Source: Dehalococcoidia bacterium | GTDB taxonomy: Bacteria > Chloroflexota > Dehalococcoidia > Plut-88900 | Assembly (NCBI GenBank): GCA_965197645.1 | Contig: OZ240219.1 | Location: forward strand, 3,040,001-3,104,000 | DNA length: 64,000 bases | Reading direction: 5' to 3' | Shown here: positions 9,749 to 18,629 of the stretch, piece after piece | How the letters are laid out: each line of letters starts with the position of its first letter | How positions within the stretch are numbered: the stretch's first letter is position 1 | Program-made: the position numbers and the translations under genes | The notes under the pieces: model-generated | Seen by the model: the letters and a program-made list of their open reading frames with translations, nothing else | Told to the model about the DNA's origin: nothing | The model's database searches: none

Positions 9749-10565
9749 AATGCCCTACCTCCTGGACAACGCGTTCCTGCTGGACAATCCCTGGATAACC
9801 GTAGTGGGCTGCGGTGGTACCGGCGGCTTCGTCGCCGAGGGTCTCTGCCGCCTCTTCCAGGGGCGGGAGGCCACCATCGTCCTGGTCGACCACGACCGGG
9901 TCGAGCCCCACAACCTGCTGCGCCAGAACTTCTACGCAGAGGACGTGGGCGGCTTCAAGAGCCAGGCTCTGGCCGACCGGCTGGCGCGGGCCTACCGAAG
10001 GCCGGTCGGCTACTCGGTCTACCCCTTCAGGGAGTACGACGACAATCCCAACGGGCAAGGCTACCCCGGCCTCGTCGACTACGGCGACAGCCTCATCATC
10101 GGCTGCGCCGACAACGCCGCCGCACGCAGGGCGATGGCTGAGTGCCTGCCGGGTGACCCGCGACGGTGGCTCATCGACGCGGGCAACGACACCAACTGGG
10201 GACAGGTGCTGGTGGGCAACGTCGCCGACCAGGTATCATGGGACGAGCCTGCCTTCGTAGAGCAGACCTGTCACCTGCTGCCCGCGCCCACGCTGCAACG
10301 ACCAGACCTGCTGACGGCTGTATCGACCAGGCCGCCGGACGTGGACTGTGCTGCCGCCCTCGACCTCACCGACCAAGACCCAACCATCAACCAGATGATG
10401 GCCTCGCTGGTGCTCCAGGTGGTGCGCCGCATGGTGGCGGGAACCTGCCCCTTCATGGGCCTCTATCTGGACATGGACCTGGGCACGGTCACGCCCACCT
10501 ACATCACCCCGGAGGCGGTGGAGCGCATCGTGGGGCCGGACTCCGAGTGGGAAATATCGGCCTAG
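9741..10565 (+). CDS. ThiF/E1-family adenylyltransferase (PRTRC ThiF)
   Basis: VVGCGGTGG, DHDRVEPHNLLRQNF, GCADN, IDAGN, GQVLVG. Confidence 0.92.
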   Translation: MIEMPYLLDNAFLLDNPWITVVGCGGTGGFVAEGLCRLFQGREATIVLVDHDRVEPHNLLRQNFYAEDVGGFKSQALADRLARAYRRPVGYSVYPFREYDDNPNGQGYPGLVDYGDSLIIGCADNAAARRAMAECLPGDPRRWLIDAGNDTNWGQVLVGNVADQVSWDEPAFVEQTCHLLPAPTLQRPDLLTAVSTRPPDVDCAAALDLTDQDPTINQMMASLVLQVVRRMVAGTCPFMGLYLDMDLGTVTPTYITPEAVERIVGPDSEWEISA

Positions 10566-10616
10566 CCGTCAACGCACAAGCACACCCTCAGAGAGCAACA
10601 AGGAGAAGGAGAAACC

Positions 10617-11012
10617 ATGTCTAACGAAAACGGAACCACCAAGACCACCACGATCTGGCAGGACAACCACAGTGGGCTTCGCAGGCACAAGCTCATGACC
10701 AAGGAGCTCGAGGACACCATCCCGCCCCTCTACGCCAATGACGGCGCGGACGACCCCGACGCCGTGGTCGCCAAGGTGAAACTGTTCAGCCCCTACAACG
10801 GCTGGCGCTGGTACATCACGGAATGGGAGTCGGAGACTGGGCTGTGCTTCGGCCTCGTGGAGGGATTCGAGGTGGAACTGGGCTACTTTGATCTTACGGA
10901 ACTCTCGGAAGTCACCGTGTTCGGCGGCGTCCCCGCCGTGGAGCGCGACCTGTACTGGGAGCCGCAGACCCTGGGTGAGATCAGGAGGCAGGCGTCGGGG
11001 ATTGCGGCCTAG
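10617..11012 (+). CDS. DUF2958 family protein
   Basis: KLFSPYNGWRWYITE..LCFGLVEGFEVELGYFDLTEL..VERDLYW. Confidence 0.88.
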   Translation: MSNENGTTKTTTIWQDNHSGLRRHKLMTKELEDTIPPLYANDGADDPDAVVAKVKLFSPYNGWRWYITEWESETGLCFGLVEGFEVELGYFDLTELSEVTVFGGVPAVERDLYWEPQTLGEIRRQASGIAA

Positions 11013-11059
11013 TCAGCGGCGCACATAAGCGCAGCCTTATAACAAGGAAAGGAGCAACC

Positions 11060-11560
11060 ATGCCTGACGAGAATGGAACGGAAGCAACCCGCTCGGACGT
11101 CCCGAGCGCAGACGAGAATCTCTTCGGCGATGCGGCGGACGACACGGAAGCCGCCGTTGTCGAAGAGGAAGGCTCCAACGGTGAGACCGAACAGGACGGC
11201 CAGGGCTCCGATGACGCCGGGGAGCAGGCCGCAGGAGACTCAACCGAAGCCTCCGAGGACCTGAAGGTCGTCGTGTCCATCAAGGGCGGCCGGGCCACCA
11301 TCGGGGTGCAGCAGCCTTCGTTCGACCCGCACATCGAGACTTTCGACGACGTTGACCTGGCCGGGCTGACGCAGGAGACCCTAGCGGTGGTCGTACGAGC
11401 CAGGCTCAGGTGGGAGGAGGCGCCCAAGCATCCGGCGCACGAGAGGCCCGCTCCCCCGACCAGACGCCGGAACCGGCGCGGGCAGGGGTCGGCCCAGACC
11501 TCGGACGCTGAGGAAGGCACTGAGCAACAGCAGCAGCCCGAGACGCTGAGGCTGTTCTAA
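11060..11560 (+). CDS. acidic low-complexity protein (PRTRC protein E-like)
   Basis: RBS GAAAGGAG; acidic; ends in ..LRLF; homolog at 26100. Confidence 0.6.
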   Translation: MPDENGTEATRSDVPSADENLFGDAADDTEAAVVEEEGSNGETEQDGQGSDDAGEQAAGDSTEASEDLKVVVSIKGGRATIGVQQPSFDPHIETFDDVDLAGLTQETLAVVVRARLRWEEAPKHPAHERPAPPTRRRNRRGQGSAQTSDAEEGTEQQQQPETLRLF

Positions 11561-11582
11561 GGGACGGACCTTGACGACGGCA

Positions 11583-11654
11583 CACGGGGGGAGGGACGCT
11601 ACAATAGCGTCCTTCTCCCACAGGCCGATGCATATGCGGCCTTTTTTGCTTTTC
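11583..11654 (+). terminator. double hairpin with T-run at end of PRTRC operon
   Basis: GGGAGGGACGCTA-CAA-TAGCGTCCTTCTCCC, then AGGCCG..CGGCCTTTTTT; related motifs at 26659 and 26803. Confidence 0.55.
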
Positions 11655-11927
11655 TGACCGCTGCCGCCCCAGGCCATCTTTTCCGAGTGCGCCGTCTGGC
11701 GGGGACTCGAAGGCAGGGGAGCGATTGATGGAACGGGGGACTGGCGCTCCCGCCACCCTTCTCGTAGATCTGTTCGAACTTTGTTGTCTACCGGATAACC
11801 GAGGACCGGCCACGTGGTTCAGCCCCCCGGACGCCTAATTGTGTCAGCCGGAAGCGGGCACCAAGCCGTCGTGCTCGACTAGCCAGAAGTGATTGTCCTC
11901 GATCTCCTTCTTGGCGGGGTTCACGTT

Positions 11928-12017
11928 CTAGGTGATGCGGATGCTCGCCTCGCTCAGCCTGGAGAGACGCTCCCGCAGGGCCTCTGTTTCGCGCATGGGT
12001 TCGCCGAATCGCTTCAT
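11928..12017 (-). pseudogene. truncated 5' stub of the hybrid histidine kinase
   Basis: Identical to the first about 29 codons of 18630-21020, then a stop at the duplication boundary. Confidence 0.85.
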
Positions 12018-13873
12018 CTCTTCACCTCGAAAGTAAGTGGAGGGCTCGATACTTATGCCTCTTTTGACCGGGTGGATTTCGAACTGACAGGGGCAATTAT
12101 GCCATTTCCAACTGATAATCACAATAGGTCATAGAGAATCGCCCTAAAAGTCACAGACCAGTCATATTCAGCTTGTATAATAGGAGCCGGCTTTTACCCA
12201 AAGACGGGAGAGATGTGGATGCCGCTCAAATGGCGACTACCTGCTATAGAGAAAGACCGCAAGACGACCGATCCCAACCATCCCCTTAGGCCGAGCCTCG
12301 ACTGCCACCATGCCCGTCTGGCCGCAAAGCACTCCACAGAGCAGGACCATAGATGACCCCCTCCTTTAGCCAAAGACTCCCCATCCTGCCGGTAGCCCTC
12401 ACTGCGCTCAATGAGCCCTGGTTACAACCACGAGGCCATCAAGACGAAGGATAGCTTCGGGGCACAGTTAGTGTCGCATTAAGGAAGATCATGAAGTCCC
12501 ACTGCTTTCGGATACTCTACAGTGTAACCATTCTCCTGGTCACGTCCCTCTTCATCTTCACGGCGGCGACCGTCTTGGCCGACTCCGACGACGATAACCA
12601 GGGGTCCCAGGAGGAAACGGAGCGCTGTCCCTGGTGTCAGCCCCCGACTCAGACCCCGACTTCCGTTCCGTCTCCAACGCCAACATCCACCACCGTGCCT
12701 ACCACCGTGCCCACGGCAACGTCGACCCCTACTCCCAACCCCACCCCCATTGCTACGCCAGTCCGTCCCCTTCCTCCAGTTCCTACCGGAGTCGAAGTCG
12801 ACAGCTCCACTTGTACTTCCATCCTGCTAGTTTGGGATGAGATGAGTGGCGTCAGCCAATACGGTGTGATCTGGGGAGAAGAAGGAGTGGAGACCAGAGA
12901 GGCCAGAGAAGAGCGTGTACCCGGAGGGCCCAACGCATTAAAATACCTCGCCGACCTGGAGCCCGGCACCCGCTACCACTTCAGGGTCCGGGCCTATGGG
13001 GACGGCGGTACATACCGCCAGGGCTGGGGACCGCTGTCCGGTACAGTTTACGGCCAGACGAACGAGCTGAACACCTGCGAAATCCCTACACCTACTCCCA
13101 CGCCCACGCCTATGCCTACTCCCACACCCACACCCACACCCACACCCACACCCACGCCTACGCCTACGCCTACGCCTATGCCTACTCCTACGCCCACTCC
13201 CACTCCTACGCCCACTCCCACTCCCACGCCCACTCCTACGCCCACTCCAAACCTGCCCACCGCGGACGACTGCGACCGCAACATCGCAGTCCTGAACCGG
13301 AAAGAGAAAATCAATGACGAGCTGCGCGGGGACTGCCGGGCACTGCTGACCGCTATCGTCGCCATGAAGGGCACCAACCCGGCGCCTGATCTCAACTGGG
13401 GCACTGCCGGACACCTGTCCTCGGCCTGGGACGGCGTTACCGTCGAAACCATCGGGGGCAAAAGCCGCATTACCGGCCTCGACCTGAGCGACAAGGGTAT
13501 CGATGGCACCCTGGCTTCGGCCCTCGCAGACCTGACGGCACTGAAGCACCTGGACCTGTCCGACAACGCCATGGGCGGAACGATAAGCACGGGGAAGATC
13601 CCGGCCAGCGAACTGCGGACCCTGGACCTATCAAATAACGCTTTTACCGGAAAGCTGCCCAGTTCAATGCTGGCGTTTTGGCAGGCAACCTCGATTGACC
13701 TGTCCAACAATCGCTTCACGGGCCCGATACCGAGGGATCTGCACGTCCTGGCGGGATTCAACCTCACATCCCTCTACCTGGCGGGTAACCTTCTCGACGG
13801 ATGTTTAAACAACACACAGGAGGACTCGTTTGCGATGATTCCCAACAACGATATCAGCAGCCTGGCCTGCTAC
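11931..13873 (+). repeat. segmental duplication, copy 1 (kinase 5' stub + divergent promoter + surface-protein N-terminus)
   Basis: Near-identical to 20934-23287. Offset is 9003 at the start and 9414 at the end, explained by a 381 bp FN3 duplication plus 30 bp of extra PT repeat. Confidence 0.95.
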
Positions 13874-14551
13874 ACCGCTCCCGTCGTTCAGACAAGTAAC
13901 ACCTGCGAGGTCCTCTTTGCCAGGCCTGGGTCGAAACTTAGTGACGACGAAACCATAACAGCCTCGGACGGCTCGACGCACTACATCAAGGTTAAGATAC
14001 TGGCCCCCCGTGTTCCTAACACCGAGCTATACTGCACACAAGCCAAGATGAAGGTGCAGGCTACGCCAGGGGCAAGCGCCTTGGAGTGGAACGTCAACAT
14101 ATATGGCGCTGAGCTAATCTACTTCGCCAGCACGCCTGCACAGATCGGAGCAATGACCCTGACCGAGTTCAACGACTCCCTGAACAGCTGGCAAAGCCGC
14201 GAGAACTCCGACCATGAGAGAGCGGAGAACGACTGTACCGTTTGCCAGGGTGGGACTATCATGACGGAGCCCGTTTACGGTGAGCGCGGCTACTACAAAA
14301 AGCACCGCTTCGACCTGAGCGGTTTCTACAGGTATACAGTAGGGGAGACCGTGCACGTACACGATGAGACGTTGCGATGGTTCACGGAACACAGGGCCGC
14401 TCCTATCACCATTGGTGTTCCACCTGCCCTAACGAAATTACAGTACCAGGCCGGTGAACTAACTGGACACATCATTAACTCTTTGGTGGGCGAGGCGCTT
14501 GAACGTGTAAGGGGCTGGATTAGTGATGAGTTCGGCATACCCTATCCATAG
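12491..14551 (+). CDS. secreted FN3-(PT)n-LRR protein with variable Cys-rich C-terminal domain, variant A
   Basis: Signal peptide (..ATVLA-D); FN3 ([14 protein letters not shown]); PT linker; plant-type LRRs (LDLSxNxFTGxIP); unique C-terminus after SSLACY. Confidence 0.9.
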   Translation: MKSHCFRILYSVTILLVTSLFIFTAATVLADSDDDNQGSQEETERCPWCQPPTQTPTSVPSPTPTSTTVPTTVPTATSTPTPNPTPIATPVRPLPPVPTGVEVDSSTCTSILLVWDEMSGVSQYGVIWGEEGVETREAREERVPGGPNALKYLADLEPGTRYHFRVRAYGDGGTYRQGWGPLSGTVYGQTNELNTCEIPTPTPTPTPMPTPTPTPTPTPTPTPTPTPTPMPTPTPTPTPTPTPTPTPTPTPTPNLPTADDCDRNIAVLNRKEKINDELRGDCRALLTAIVAMKGTNPAPDLNWGTAGHLSSAWDGVTVETIGGKSRITGLDLSDKGIDGTLASALADLTALKHLDLSDNAMGGTISTGKIPASELRTLDLSNNAFTGKLPSSMLAFWQATSIDLSNNRFTGPIPRDLHVLAGFNLTSLYLAGNLLDGCLNNTQEDSFAMIPNNDISSLACYTAPVVQTSNTCEVLFARPGSKLSDDETITASDGSTHYIKVKILAPRVPNTELYCTQAKMKVQATPGASALEWNVNIYGAELIYFASTPAQIGAMTLTEFNDSLNSWQSRENSDHERAENDCTVCQGGTIMTEPVYGERGYYKKHRFDLSGFYRYTVGETVHVHDETLRWFTEHRAAPITIGVPPALTKLQYQAGELTGHIINSLVGEALERVRGWISDEFGIPYP
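13084..13248 (+). repeat. 6-bp Pro-Thr VNTR
   Basis: CCNACN tandem array; 30 bp shorter than the array at 22468-22662. Confidence 0.9.
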
Positions 14552-14560
14552 GAGGTTGAA

Positions 14561-15277
14561 ATGAGCAGGCTACTTTCAAACAGCTATCGCATGTGGTTAG
14601 CTAGGTTGGCCGTCGTCCTGGTAGCTGCGGGCGGCGGGCTGGCCTGGTGGACACTCGCCGGCGATGATGAGTTTATCGACGCTAACGTGACAGCTCAAGC
14701 CTGTCAGCAATTGCCGCCCGTAACGGACTACGACATTAGGTCCCACATCGAGATGATGGAAGACGGGGTTAAGACCGTGAGCGGGGACATGTATATACAT
14801 GTGTCCGGCAACGAGCACCACATGGTCGTCGACGCACAACATGGCTATGAAAAGTGGGAACGTCTCGTCGTTGACCGGACCGTTTACGATCGCCGAGGTA
14901 TTGGGCCTTGGAAGACGCTAATAGAAAACACCAGCACGGGCCTGACCTACCCTTCCCGACCGGAAGATATCTGTCCCGACAACCTGGCCTCATTCACCTA
15001 TGCGGATACTGACACTGTTGACGGCCAAGCCACGAAACGGTTCACGGCCCAGAACCTTTACAATCCCGGGACTGTCGATACGGTCCTGCCCAAACAGGGG
15101 GAGAACGAAAAGGAATGGGACTGGCAGTTGTGGGTGGATGATAAAGGCTACCTGGTTAAGGCATCTTTTCTCAGCGTGTCAGCAAAGGTAGAAGGCACGC
15201 TCCATAGCACCATGAAGATAACCAACTTCTTCTCCGGATTCAACGATCCCAACATCCTGCCCAACCCTGAGGAGTAA
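14561..15277 (+). CDS. membrane-anchored LppX/LprAFG-like partner protein P1
   Basis: N-terminal LLSNSYRMW plus TM helix; two Cys; FTYAxxDxVDGxxTKRF, WxLWVDDKGYLVKA, FSGFNDPN; RBS AGGAGG. Confidence 0.8.
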   Translation: MSRLLSNSYRMWLARLAVVLVAAGGGLAWWTLAGDDEFIDANVTAQACQQLPPVTDYDIRSHIEMMEDGVKTVSGDMYIHVSGNEHHMVVDAQHGYEKWERLVVDRTVYDRRGIGPWKTLIENTSTGLTYPSRPEDICPDNLASFTYADTDTVDGQATKRFTAQNLYNPGTVDTVLPKQGENEKEWDWQLWVDDKGYLVKASFLSVSAKVEGTLHSTMKITNFFSGFNDPNILPNPEE

Positions 15278-15286
15278 AGGAGAGAG

Positions 15287-15979
15287 ATGAAGCGCATCGC
15301 GGTTGTCGCCGTGCTGGCCTTTGCCGCCCTTGGCGGCGGCCTGGCGTGGTGGGCGTTCTCTGGCGATGATGAGTTTATCGACGCTGATGTGACAGCCCAG
15401 GCCTGCCAGGAATTGCCGCCCGTAACGGACTATGACGTGAGGGCCTACATCGAGGTGATGGAAGATGGGGTTAAGACCGTGAGCGGGGACACGTACATAC
15501 AAGTGTCCGGTGAAGATGTTTACCGAGTCACTGAAGCGCAACACGGTTACGAAAAGTCAGAACACCTCACCGTTGACCGGACCCGTTACAGACGCCGAGG
15601 CAATGGGCCTTGGACGAAGACAGGTGAGAACAAAGGCATGTCCTTGACCTACCCGGTGCGACCGGAAGATATCTGCCCTGACAACCTGGCCTCATTCACC
15701 TATGCGGACAGTGACACGGTGGACGGCCAGGCCACAAAGCGGTTAACGGCTCAGAACCTGTACAACCCTACAATCGTCGATACGGCCTTGCCACAGCAGG
15801 GTGAGGCCGAAAAGGAATGGGACTGGCAGTTGTGGATAGATGATAAAGGCTACCTGGTTAAGGCATCTTTCCTCAGCGTGCCGGCAAAGGTAGAAGGCAC
15901 GCCCCATCACACTATGAAGATGACCATATTCTACTCCGGGTTCGGCGAGCCGAACGTCCTGCCCAACCCGGAGCAATGA
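15287..15979 (+). CDS. LppX/LprAFG-like partner protein P2 (close paralog of P1)
   Basis: Long identical blocks with P1 (VTAQACQ, PEDICPDNLASFTYAD, EKEWDWQLW); RBS AAAGGAG. Confidence 0.8.
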   Translation: MKRIAVVAVLAFAALGGGLAWWAFSGDDEFIDADVTAQACQELPPVTDYDVRAYIEVMEDGVKTVSGDTYIQVSGEDVYRVTEAQHGYEKSEHLTVDRTRYRRRGNGPWTKTGENKGMSLTYPVRPEDICPDNLASFTYADSDTVDGQATKRLTAQNLYNPTIVDTALPQQGEAEKEWDWQLWIDDKGYLVKASFLSVPAKVEGTPHHTMKMTIFYSGFGEPNVLPNPEQ

Positions 15980-15982
15980 TAG

Positions 15983-16707
15983 ATGGGCGTACTTGTATCC
16001 AACAGCTATCGAATGTGGGCGCCGCGGCTGGTTGTCGTGCTGGTCGCCGTGGGCGGCGGGGTTAGCTCGTGGGCCCTCTCTGGCGAAGACGATCTCTTGG
16101 AGGCCAGCGGCGCACTGCAGCGGGCCTGCCAGCAGGCCAAGTCTCTCCAAGACGTGGACGCCCTCATGCACTGGGAGTCCACACGAGATGAGAAACCCGA
16201 CTTTATCCGGATCCTCGAGCTCCAGGTCTCCGGCGACAACACCCTAGTCCTATGGGACGAACGCCCTGGAGAGGCTGAGCTTTACATGGCCGGGACGCTC
16301 TACAAGCGTTCTGCGGGCGGCGAGTGGACGAAGAAGGGAAGAACCGGCGCCTACGAGGACTTCTTCACGCTTCCCCTGAACACCAAGAGCCTCTGCCCGG
16401 AGCTAGCCAACTTCACCTACGCCGCAACGACAAGCTGGACGACCAGAACACCAAGAAGTTCACGGCCCCCACCCTCTCCGGCGAGCCCTACGGCGATCCG
16501 TCTAAGGATGAAGACCTACAGGAGAATTGGGACTGGGAGATATGGATAGACGAGGAAGGCTACATCATCAAGGCGGCCTTTACCACGATAGGCGGCAACG
16601 ATAAATCTTATACCACCGTCACCCTCTCCGGCCACGAAGAGCCTAACGTCATTGCCGCCCCGTCATCCCACAGGAGTAAAGAGCCATTAGCTACCTGGCG
16701 GACATAA
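15983..16707 (+). pseudogene. LppX/LprAFG-like partner P3, 1-bp frameshift near 16424
   Basis: ORFs 15983-16549 and 16324-16707 join into one paralog; closest in sequence to P6 (23977). Confidence 0.8.
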
Positions 16708-16742
16708 GGCAGCAACGCAAGTACCGCTGGCCCGTCATAGTC

Positions 16743-17582
16743 GTGCTTGTCGTGCCCTTCCTGTTCTCCCTCATTTACGCCGTGCCGGCAGTGGTGGGGC
16801 GGATAATCCTGCTGTCTATAGACCACGGGTACGTATGGGCCACGTCCATTGATTATGGATTGGCGGCTGGTCCGTTGGTGGTGCTCGTTCCCATCCTGGT
16901 GAGGGTGCGGCAGCGGCTCCTGCTACATGTCGTTGGCTTCTGGCTATTCATGTTGACGTTTTGCTTTGTATTGAGTGCGTCGAGCTCGGATTGGGGCGGA
17001 CTCGGGAGATTGCGCTTCAGTCACGGAGTGCCGTTGTACGTCGACGCCGTTGTGAGTGTCGGGCTATTCGTCTTCACTGTCGCCTATGCTCGCCGATTCT
17101 ACAGCCGGCTGATACCCTTTACGCTGCTGGCTCTCGGTCCCAACCTGACCTACCCGTTATCGCTGCTCCGATGGGTACGACGGGACCACAACCTGCAGCT
17201 GCTCAACATCATCGATCTGCTCGTCGTTGCTGGGGCGTTTCTGGTCGTCTGGGGCGTCGTGCGGCTGAAGGAGACGGACGGTCTGCCGTGGCGGGCTATT
17301 GTCCTGCTCTTGGGGGACTGGGTGGCACTTACCGTCGCCGAGAGGGCACTGTTCGGCGGGTTGGGAGTAACCCTCTTAGACTTGGGGCTAGCGTTTTACG
17401 TGGTTGCTTGGGATGTGTTCCATCTGGGGTTGACCCTGGCGCCGGCGTTCCTGGTGGTCCGGGCGTTGAGAAGGGCGCAAGGCCCGCCTGCGCCCCTCCA
17501 CGGCCCGCGCCCACCGCCCGTACGGGTATTCCAGCTGCCCAAGGTCCGGACGGACTGGCGTGAGAAAGAGGTAGAGGAATGA
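16743..17582 (+). CDS. multi-pass membrane protein
   Basis: Several hydrophobic segments; no family recognised; start uncertain. Confidence 0.6.
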   Translation: MLVVPFLFSLIYAVPAVVGRIILLSIDHGYVWATSIDYGLAAGPLVVLVPILVRVRQRLLLHVVGFWLFMLTFCFVLSASSSDWGGLGRLRFSHGVPLYVDAVVSVGLFVFTVAYARRFYSRLIPFTLLALGPNLTYPLSLLRWVRRDHNLQLLNIIDLLVVAGAFLVVWGVVRLKETDGLPWRAIVLLLGDWVALTVAERALFGGLGVTLLDLGLAFYVVAWDVFHLGLTLAPAFLVVRALRRAQGPPAPLHGPRPPPVRVFQLPKVRTDWREKEVEE

Positions 17583-17671
17583 CAGAGCCCAACTTCCAGA
17601 ACCGCACCCTCTACCACAGCAACAACCTGGACTTGCTCGCGGCATGAACTCGGAGACGATAGACCTCATAT
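17579..17671 (+). pseudogene. 5' fragment of a site-specific DNA methyltransferase
   Basis: MTEPNFQNRTLYHSNNLDLL/GMNSETIDLI resembles the segment that precedes DPPF in N4/N6 MTases. Confidence 0.55.
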
Positions 17672-18280
17672 AGACCAGCGGGGCCCGGGAGCGGGCCTGC
17701 CTCCAAGCCGAGACGATTGAGGAAGTCGATATAAGCGTGTTGATCACTATGGCAGCCGACTGCAAGCTCGTCGACCAGAGGTACGCCACCCTCTACATCT
17801 CCGGCGAGAACATAACATGTGATCACTGAAACAAGCCTGGAGATCGATGCACAGGAAGAGCTCTACCTTGATGGGGCCATGTACATGCTCCGCGCGGACG
17901 GCAAATGGGAGAAAACAGGGGAGACAATAATTTCCTGTAATCCCATCGGCTTTGGATACAAATACAGAAGCATCTGCCCGGACCTAGCCAACTTTACCTA
18001 TGCGGGTGTCGACAAGCTGGACGACGACAACACGAATCAGTTCACTGCCCCAACCTGCTCCGGCGAGCCGTACAGTGAAGATCCGCCGGTTGGAGGAGAA
18101 GGAAGGGAACTGCGGGACTGGGAGATATGGGTCGATGAGGACGGCTACATCCTCAAGATGACTTACCGTTTCGTGGGGGCCAAGTGGGACGACTTATCCC
18201 ATACCACGCCCGACATCACCCTTCTCAACTCCGGCCACGGCGAGGCCAATGTTCTACCCTATCCCAACCCCATGGAATAG
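17672..18280 (+). pseudogene. LppX/LprAFG-like partner P4, 5'-truncated and frameshifted near 17815
   Basis: RERACLQAETIEEVD..LYISGENI / ICPDLANFTYAGVDKLDD..WEIWVDEDGYILK..SGHGEANVLP. Confidence 0.75.
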
Positions 18281-18284
18281 ATGA

Positions 18285-18332
18285 ATGAAAGTGCTCCTTT
18301 CCAACAGCTACCGCATGTGGATGCTCAGGCTG
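18285..18332 (+). pseudogene. N-terminal stub of partner P5
   Basis: MKVLLSNSYRMWMLRL matches the family N-terminus, then homology ends abruptly. Confidence 0.7.
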
Positions 18333-18334
18333 GA

Positions 18335-18462
18335 TGGTCCTCCGGCGGGCGATGTCCACGGTCAACTCCCCACCGTCCGGGATTCGGTGGGCTCTGGTCC
18401 CTCCGGGCCTACGCAGTAAGGCCCGTATCCTAACCGCCAACTCCGCGAGAGAGAAGGTCTTG
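18335..18462 (-). pseudogene. OmpR-type response regulator fragment
   Basis: KTFSLAELAVRIRALLRR..GELTVDIARRR. Confidence 0.65.
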
Positions 18463-18629
18463 CCTCCCTCACTAGCCAGCATTTCGCGTACATACAGTTG
18501 GTGCCATACCGAATAGCCTATCTATATCAGAATCTCCCATAGAATAGTTGACAATCGAGTACGTTCAGATTTACCAAGAGTGATGGAAGCGAGCGTCTTC
18601 AGGTCTAACACAAACACCCTCTCGGCCCA

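Noticed and set aside
13048-13767. Minus-strand ORFs with long GV repeats (also 22432-23181)
   Set aside because: These are antisense shadows of the PT linker.
14561-18332. Integron cassette array
   Set aside because: Genes are separated by only a few bases, no attC-like palindromes are visible, and there is no IntI-type integrase.
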